Shown in pieces: positions 38,600 through 44,661 of a stretch of DNA of 44,661 nt (within the stretch, counting starts at the first letter, position 1; each line of letters starts with the position of its first letter). The stretch is from a virus (lineage: Duplodnaviria; Heunggongvirae; Uroviricota; Caudoviricetes): IMG/VR virus record IMGVR_UViG_2654587540_000005; one strand, 5' to 3'. The notes beneath the pieces were generated by a model. It made no database searches, was not told where the DNA came from, and was given only the letters and a program-made list of their open reading frames with translations. The translations under genes and the position numbers were made by a program.

Positions 38600-38652
38600 T
38601 TGACATGATAGAAGCACTCTACTATATTCTCAATAGGTCCACCGTGGACCTA
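38600..38652. promoter_or_regulatory. Pant with arc operator and mnt operator; divergent Pmnt
   Basis: TTGACA at 38600..38605; the 21-bp arc operator ATGATAGAAGCACTCTACTAT at 38606..38626; TATATT at 38624..38629; the 17-bp palindromic mnt operator AGGTCCACCGTGGACCT at 38635..38651. Confidence 0.75.
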
Positions 38653-38667
38653 TATTGTGAGGTGAAT

Positions 38668-38829
38668 ATGAAAGGAATGAGCAAGATGCCGCAGTTCAAT
38701 TTGCGGTGGCCTAAAGAAGTATTGGATTTGGTACGCAAGGTGGCGGAAGAGAATGGTCGGTCTGTTAACTCTGAGATTTATCAGAGAGTAATGGAAAGCT
38801 TTAAGAAGGAAGGGCGCATTGGCGCGTAA
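38668..38829 (+). CDS. arc: Arc repressor
   Basis: 53 aa ([53 protein letters not shown]) matching P22 Arc, starting at ATG 38668 with a GAGGTGA RBS. Confidence 0.9.
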   Translation: MKGMSKMPQFNLRWPKEVLDLVRKVAEENGRSVNSEIYQRVMESFKKEGRIGA

Positions 38830-38834
38830 AGTTG

Positions 38835-38897
38835 AAGCCCCAACTGCGGGAACAGTCAGGGCTTCGGTATCAACAAATCGGATTAGGAAATATTGAC
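38835..38897 (-). ncRNA. sar: Putative sar antisense RNA (arc-ant intercistronic region)
   Basis: By analogy with P22 immI. A minus-strand hairpin (GAAGCCC...GGGCTTC) followed by a U-rich tract sits opposite the ant RBS; the ends are not defined. Confidence 0.35.
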
Positions 38898-39776
38898 ATG
38901 AAAAGTATAGCAAAGGCACAAAACGATTTCACCATCTTCAAATTCGGCGACAGTGAAATCCGCGTCATCAACAAATGCGGTGAGCCGTGGTTTGTAGCAA
39001 AAGATGTTTGTGATGCTTTAACCCTGACTAACTCACGCAAGGCGCTTACTGCACTTGATGACGATGAAAAGGGAGTAACTTTAAGTTACACCCTTGGTGG
39101 TGAGCAGAATCTAAGCATTGTTAGCGAATCAGGTATGTATACATTGGTTCTGCGCTGCCGCGATGCTGTCAATAAAGGTTCGGTCCCGCACAAATTCCGC
39201 AAGTGGGTAACAGCAGAAGTTCTACCTTCAATTCGCAAACATGGCGAGTATGTGAAAGGCAAGAAAACCACTGTTGAGGAAAGAACGCCGCTACGCGATG
39301 CAGTAAACATGCTGGTAGGAAAGAAAGGACTTCGCTATGACGATGCATACAATATGGTTCATCAGCGTTTTGGTATTGACAGCATTGATGAACTTTCAAT
39401 TGAACAAATCCCGCTGGCCGTAGAGTACATCCACAGGGTAGTGCTTGAAGGCGAGTTTATCGGCAAACAAGAGAAGAAAACCAACGAGCTTTCTGCAAAA
39501 GAAGCAAACAGCCTTGTATGGTTATGGGATTATGCCAACCGCTCACAGGCATTATTCCGCGAACTGTATCCGGCATTAAAACAAATTCAATCGAACTATT
39601 CCGGCAGATGCTACGACTACGGTCATGAGTTCTCGTATGTTATCGGAATGGCGAGAGACGTTTTAATCAATCACACACGAGATGTTGATATCAATGAGCC
39701 AGACGGACCAACGAATCTTTCCGCATGGATGAGACTTAAGAATAAAGAATTACCTCCTTCAGTTCATAACTACTGA
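38898..39776 (+). CDS. ant: Ant antirepressor
   Basis: ATG at 38898 with an [50 protein letters not shown]... matches P22 Ant. Confidence 0.85.
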   Translation: MKSIAKAQNDFTIFKFGDSEIRVINKCGEPWFVAKDVCDALTLTNSRKALTALDDDEKGVTLSYTLGGEQNLSIVSESGMYTLVLRCRDAVNKGSVPHKFRKWVTAEVLPSIRKHGEYVKGKKTTVEERTPLRDAVNMLVGKKGLRYDDAYNMVHQRFGIDSIDELSIEQIPLAVEYIHRVVLEGEFIGKQEKKTNELSAKEANSLVWLWDYANRSQALFRELYPALKQIQSNYSGRCYDYGHEFSYVIGMARDVLINHTRDVDINEPDGPTNLSAWMRLKNKELPPSVHNY

Positions 39777-39795
39777 CAGATAACCAACGCAACGA

Positions 39796-39818
39796 CCCAG
39801 CTTCGGCTGGGTTTTTTT
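39796..39818 (+). terminator. Rho-independent terminator after ant
   Basis: CCCAGC-TTCG-GCTGGG followed by TTTTTTT. Confidence 0.6.
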
Positions 39819-39876
39819 ATGCCCAAAATTCACCGTAGCCATGCTGCGGCGATTCCTTGTATCTGGAGCAAATTAA

Positions 39877-42108
39877 ATGACAGACATTACAGCCAATGTT
39901 GTGGTAAGCATGCCTTCGCAACTCTTCACTATGGCGCGTTCTTTTAAAGCCGTAGCCAATGGCAAAATTTATATCGGTAAAATTGACACTGACCCTGTAA
40001 ATCCTGAAAACCAGATTCAGGTTTATGTGGAGAACGAAGATGGTTCTCACGTTCCTGTTGCACAGCCAATCATCATTAACTCTGGCGGGTATCCTGTATA
40101 TAACGGACAGATTGCCAAGTTCGTAACTGTGCAAGGCCATTCTATGGCTGTTTATGATGCATACGGTGCGCAGCAGTTCTATTTTCCTAATGTGCTGAAG
40201 TATGACCCTGATCAGTTTAGAACAATAATAGAGTCAAATTATGGTGCGGGGCATGTTGGTACTTCGTCTGGACTAACAATTCAGCAGTTGATTGATTCTT
40301 TTATTGTAGTTACACCACAAATGTTTGGTGAATCTGGAAAGTCAAATGATTCAACAATAGCAATTAACTCTGCATTGGACTATCTTGAGTCTCTCGGTGG
40401 TGGGATTATTTATCTTCCTCCAGGTAAATATTACGTCAGCATTGAAAATTCAGGTCATAATTATTCATGCATTAGAGTTCCAGCTAACGTAACTTTCTGT
40501 GGGGCTGGTGCTGGATCTACCATCATTCAGAGACTACCCACTGAGAGGGGGATGGATGGTGTCTTGATAACAAATAAATATTATGATACTAGAACTGGCT
40601 ATGGGGCTGCGGGCAATATTGTTTTTAGAGATTTTACAATCACTGACGGTAGCGCAACCCCAACAAGGGATTATGGTGATTTAATCGGTTTAGGTCATAG
40701 CAAAAATGTAACTATAGAGAGAGTGGAGCAAGGGAGACATGATCAACATTTTGTTGATATTGCAGGATCAACCGATGTAACAGTCAAAGACTGTCACGGG
40801 TCGTGTGATATGGAGGTGGACCATATTACGTGGAATTGTGATATACAGATTGATTCCGCTCAACCAAACGCAATACTTGGAATTAAAGCTGATGGCACAC
40901 CTAGCACAAATATAATTATTAGCGGAAATAAACTTCAAAACAAAAGCTCAAATTTGCAAATTGAAACAGGACATGCTGGGGGAGTATATAGAAATATTAT
41001 TATTTCTGATAACATACTTGATGGGGCATATTTTCAAGACTCATCAGTTATTGGTTGTAACTCAACAACAGCTACCATTATCAATTTGAGCATAAATAAC
41101 AATCAAATACTAACAAATAATATAAATTCAAGAGGTGTTAATCTTTATTGTCTTGGGAATAACGAAAAACTTATTGGTATTTCTTTTAGTAATAATATTA
41201 TAAGAGGTTATGCTAGGATTGGTGCATGGTTTGGGACTAATGGTAATTATACTGGAACGAAGTTTCCTCATGATGATGTAACAATAATAGGAAATAAATT
41301 CTTTCTAACATCGCCTTCATCTGGAACATTTGTTCAAGGTGTTGTTGTTGCTGGTTGGCGATCTGTTGTATGTAGTGATAATATAGTTGAGATATATTCT
41401 GATAATGAATTTTCTTCAGGGTGTTCGGGGATATCAGTTTGGAAAAATGGTAGTGCTAAGGTAAGTGATAACAATATCTCTAGAACATGTGGTGCAACAC
41501 CTGACGTATCATCTTCAGTTATTTCGTTGATACTAATCACCCCTGAACCTTCCAGCATTGATAAGGCGTCATCAATCCATATTAATGGAAATGCTTTCTT
41601 TGGAGATATTCCTAGATATGCAATAAATCACCAAGAAGGGTGGATTGAAGGATATGACATGATAGTTGTATCAGGCTCTCATGGTAGATTTAACCAAACA
41701 TTTATAGGCACGCAAGGGGCGCATATGTATGAAACGTACCCAATTTCTGATATGACAAATTTCAATCAACCAGTGTCAATAAATGGTCAATATAGAAGGC
41801 AGGTATACAGCGGAAATAATTACCAGTCAACGTTCAATTTGAAGAAAAATGGAAGTGAAACAAGTGGGGCTAAAGTGGATTTTTTTATATCTAATGAACG
41901 CTCAAAAATAACAGGTTCTGAACAATTGAATGTAGCATATATATCTCCAACTGAGTCTGTGGGAATCACCGCTACATCAATAGATTTGTCATCAGGAACA
42001 CTTAATATAATTACTGGAACAAATGGTGTATCTATGAATTTAAATCCATCCAATAAGCAGCCTGAAATAAGAAATAGCGCGTATATAAGCGCAAGGATTT
42101 CCATTTAA
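39877..42108 (+). CDS. Tailspike: P22-type head-binding N-terminus fused to a divergent beta-helix receptor-binding domain
   Basis: The first ~115 aa match the P22 gp9 head-binding domain ([12 protein letters not shown]...[33 protein letters not shown]…VLKYDPDQ). The remainder is AT-rich and repeat-like (…IIISGNKL…IIISDNIL…LSINNNQIL…), as in parallel beta-helix proteins. Confidence 0.8.
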   Translation: MTDITANVVVSMPSQLFTMARSFKAVANGKIYIGKIDTDPVNPENQIQVYVENEDGSHVPVAQPIIINSGGYPVYNGQIAKFVTVQGHSMAVYDAYGAQQFYFPNVLKYDPDQFRTIIESNYGAGHVGTSSGLTIQQLIDSFIVVTPQMFGESGKSNDSTIAINSALDYLESLGGGIIYLPPGKYYVSIENSGHNYSCIRVPANVTFCGAGAGSTIIQRLPTERGMDGVLITNKYYDTRTGYGAAGNIVFRDFTITDGSATPTRDYGDLIGLGHSKNVTIERVEQGRHDQHFVDIAGSTDVTVKDCHGSCDMEVDHITWNCDIQIDSAQPNAILGIKADGTPSTNIIISGNKLQNKSSNLQIETGHAGGVYRNIIISDNILDGAYFQDSSVIGCNSTTATIINLSINNNQILTNNINSRGVNLYCLGNNEKLIGISFSNNIIRGYARIGAWFGTNGNYTGTKFPHDDVTIIGNKFFLTSPSSGTFVQGVVVAGWRSVVCSDNIVEIYSDNEFSSGCSGISVWKNGSAKVSDNNISRTCGATPDVSSSVISLILITPEPSSIDKASSIHINGNAFFGDIPRYAINHQEGWIEGYDMIVVSGSHGRFNQTFIGTQGAHMYETYPISDMTNFNQPVSINGQYRRQVYSGNNYQSTFNLKKNGSETSGAKVDFFISNERSKITGSEQLNVAYISPTESVGITATSIDLSSGTLNIITGTNGVSMNLNPSNKQPEIRNSAYISARISI

Positions 42109-42235
42109 AATTCAGAAATTAGCCATAAAAAGCATGAAGTCTATCATCCAAGTGTCAATCGATCGATGACTTGCTGTGGTTGATGAGACAAAACTGAGAC
42201 ACACAAAGCTTTGCACTGGATTGCAAGGCTTTGTG

Positions 42236-43417
42236 CTATCCGATGGTGTTTAAGTTTCCTAACTCCGCCTTTTCATCAAGCCAGTCCGCCCACCACTGCA
42301 TCATTTCTCTGCGCTTATCGAGATACTGAGCATGGTTGTAAATTCCGCGCACAGATCCGCCGTTGGCATGTGCCAGTTGCACTTCAATAGCGTCAGCAGG
42401 CCATTCGTGCTCGTTCATAATCGTGCTGAATTCATGCCTGAATCCGTGACCGCTTTCCAGACCTTCATAGCCGATTTGTTTGATCACAAGCAGTACAGCG
42501 TTCTCGCAAATTGGCTTCTTCTTATCGTTGCGCCCGGCAAAAACAAACTCTGACACTGGTTTAGTGATTGAGCTTAGCGTAGTGAGAAGTTCAACTACCT
42601 GGTCTGACATCGGTACTACATGAATCTTGCGACCCTTCATCACACTGGCGTCGATGGTGATAATCCTGTTTTCAAAATCGACGTTCTTCCATAGCATGGA
42701 ACGAAGTTCTTTCGTTCTTAGGGCGGTGTAGCGTAAAACTTTAGTCGCAATAAGCGATACGATACTTCCTGAAAATGTTGCCAGTGCTTTGTTGAATGCC
42801 GGGATCTGGTCTGCAGGAAGAAACGGGAAGTTCTTCTTGCGGTATCCTTTCATGGCGTCTGCAAGGTCAGGTGCCGGGTTATATTTAGCCCTTCCGGTGA
42901 CAATAGCGTAACGGAAAACCTCTCCGCATCTTCTGCGGGCTTTGTTGGCTCGCTCCATTGCACCGCGATCTTCAAATCTGCGGATTACTTCCAGCAGTTG
43001 CATCGGCTCAATATCCTGAATTTCAAGGCCGCCGATGATGGGTAAAATGTCGTCGTCAAACATTTTGGCAAGTTCGTTTGCATAGCCTACTGACCAGACT
43101 TGCTTCTTGTGCTCGTACCATTCCTTGTAAATGGCGCTAAAGGAATTGTTATTAGACGAAGCCTTTTTCGCTTTTACCGGATCGATGCCAACCGAGATGT
43201 CTTTCCTCGCGGTCCATGCTTTATCCCTTGCCTCCTGCAAAGTCATAAGCGGATATTTTCCGACGGTCAGTATTTTTTCCTTACCGTCAATCTTGTAGCG
43301 AAGCTGCCATACCTTTTTCCCGGATACAGGAACATAAAGGTACAGGCCATTACCATCGAGAAGGCGGTATGGTTTTTCTTTCGGCTTTGCTGCTTCAATC
43401 TGCTTAACGGTGAGCAT
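42236..43417 (-). CDS. intS: Tyrosine integrase, IntS-like (argW-associated)
   Basis: P4-type integrase adjacent to argW and co-oriented with it. ATG at 43417 (MLTVKQIEAAKPKEKPYRLLDG...); the ORF-track start at 43453 is a GTG. Contains the conserved HGFRH and tyrosine regions. Confidence 0.85.
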   Translation of the reverse strand: MLTVKQIEAAKPKEKPYRLLDGNGLYLYVPVSGKKVWQLRYKIDGKEKILTVGKYPLMTLQEARDKAWTARKDISVGIDPVKAKKASSNNNSFSAIYKEWYEHKKQVWSVGYANELAKMFDDDILPIIGGLEIQDIEPMQLLEVIRRFEDRGAMERANKARRRCGEVFRYAIVTGRAKYNPAPDLADAMKGYRKKNFPFLPADQIPAFNKALATFSGSIVSLIATKVLRYTALRTKELRSMLWKNVDFENRIITIDASVMKGRKIHVVPMSDQVVELLTTLSSITKPVSEFVFAGRNDKKKPICENAVLLVIKQIGYEGLESGHGFRHEFSTIMNEHEWPADAIEVQLAHANGGSVRGIYNHAQYLDKRREMMQWWADWLDEKAELGNLNTIG

Positions 43418-43578
43418 GGGTAAAAATCCGGTGGGTAAAATTATTTTATCCACTTTTTACCCGTCATGGTGTGCGGCTGTCAACGATCTGACGCGAACCA
43501 TTACGAACTGTGAATCTATGGAAGGCTTGATATGCAGGGGATTTTGCGGACTAGTACGGATGGGAGCGAACTGATAAA

Positions 43579-43653
43579 TGGTGTCCCCTGCAGGAATCGA
43601 ACCTGCAATTAGCCCTTAGGAGGGGCTCGTTATATCCATTTAACTAAGAGGAC
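43579..43653 (-). tRNA. argW: tRNA-Arg (anticodon CCU)
   Basis: 75-nt minus-strand cloverleaf: 7-bp acceptor stem (GTCCTCT/AGGGGAC), anticodon stem AGCCC/GGGCT with loop CUCCUAA giving anticodon CCU, T-arm GGTTCGATTCC, 3' ACCA. Confidence 0.9.
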
Positions 43654-43728
43654 AATGCGGCATGAGTATACCCGCTAATGGACTGCGGGGTAAGTACGCT
43701 GCCGCTCGATTGCTTAAACCCTCGCCAT

Positions 43729-44661
43729 TTATGCTGGGTTTTTATCATTTTTCTTAATGTTTTCCGCACGTTCTGCTTTTTGGCGTGCTTCTGCTTTACG
43801 CTTGTTGCTCATGTCGTTACGAATCTGTGCATGACTCATTAACGCGAAGATAAAGGTGCCGCCGCAGATGTTCCCCGCTAAAGTAGGTAGTGCGAAGGGC
43901 CAGATGAAATCGCTCCAGTGCAGCGTGCCGTTAAACACCAGATAGAGGATTTCAACAGAACCGACAACGATGTGGGTGGTGTCACCCAGTGCAATAAGCC
44001 AGGTCATCAATATAATCACCACAATCTTTGCCGCACCCGCAGCAGGAAACATCCAAACCATAGTGGCGATCAGCCAGCCGGAAATGATCGCGTTGGCAAA
44101 CATCTCGCTGGGGGTGTTCTTCATCACATCCATGCCGATTTTGACAAATGCATCGCGAGTTTCTTCATTGAAGATAGGCATATATTCAAATGCCCATGCA
44201 GCAATACCTGTCCCGAGAATATTACCCAGCAGCACGACGCCCCATAATCGCATAAGTAAGCCGACGTTGCTCATTGTCGGTTTTTGCATGACGGGTAGTA
44301 CCGCAGTCACGGTGTTTTCGGTAAATAATTGCTGGCGGGCCATAATGACGATAATAAAACCAAAGGTATAACCGAGATTCTCCAGTAAGAAGCTGCCTGG
44401 CACTCCTTCCAGTTCGACATGAAATATCCCTTTTGCCAGTAGCGAAGCGCCCATCGACAGACCCGCCGCAATGGCTGACCACAGTAGCGCCATTGCGTCG
44501 CGTTCCAGCTCTTTTTCACCATCCTGGCGGATATGCTCATGAATTGCCATCGCCCGGGAGGGGAGTCGGTCTTCATCTATTTCTATTTTTTTGCCGCGCT
44601 CTTTTTCTTCGCTCTCAACTTCAATTTCGTCGCTGTGTTGATCAATTTTGTCGTTGTCCAT
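43729..44661 (-). CDS. yfdC: Formate/nitrite-transporter-family inner membrane protein YfdC (host gene)
   Basis: 310 aa polytopic membrane protein upstream of argW, in the same arrangement as E. coli K-12 yfdC-argW-intS; the start codon is the last codon of the window. Confidence 0.75.
   Translation of the reverse strand: MDNDKIDQHSDEIEVESEEKERGKKIEIDEDRLPSRAMAIHEHIRQDGEKELERDAMALLWSAIAAGLSMGASLLAKGIFHVELEGVPGSFLLENLGYTFGFIIVIMARQQLFTENTVTAVLPVMQKPTMSNVGLLMRLWGVVLLGNILGTGIAAWAFEYMPIFNEETRDAFVKIGMDVMKNTPSEMFANAIISGWLIATMVWMFPAAGAAKIVVIILMTWLIALGDTTHIVVGSVEILYLVFNGTLHWSDFIWPFALPTLAGNICGGTFIFALMSHAQIRNDMSNKRKAEARQKAERAENIKKNDKNPA

Overview
The window is almost entirely one mosaic temperate prophage of the P22-like lambdoid type, sitting at the 3' end of tRNA-Arg(CCU) (argW) next to the host gene yfdC (43729..44661). 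From left to right it carries a leftward early arm, a lambda-like immunity and replication core, a nin region and lysis cassette close to lambda, a P22-like packaging/head/ejection block, a P22 immI region (mnt/arc/ant) and a chimeric tailspike. Two P4-type tyrosine integrases are present (415..1677 and 42236..43453); a degenerate copy of the argW 3' end at 1854..1873 suggests the prophage spans about 1.86-43.6 kb and that the left integrase belongs to a second, tandemly inserted element. The most interesting candidate is a tightly coupled gene pair in the early-left arm (2669..3930) that looks like a DpdA-type DNA transglycosylase plus a YhhQ-like precursor transporter, i.e. a possible 7-deazaguanine DNA-modification module. 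Other candidates are a small membrane protein co-transcribed with cI, two AT-rich moron genes at the sieA position, and two paralogous HNH endonucleases. Everything here is read from the sequence and ORF translations by eye; no database search or computation was run, so family assignments rest on recalled motifs and gene order.
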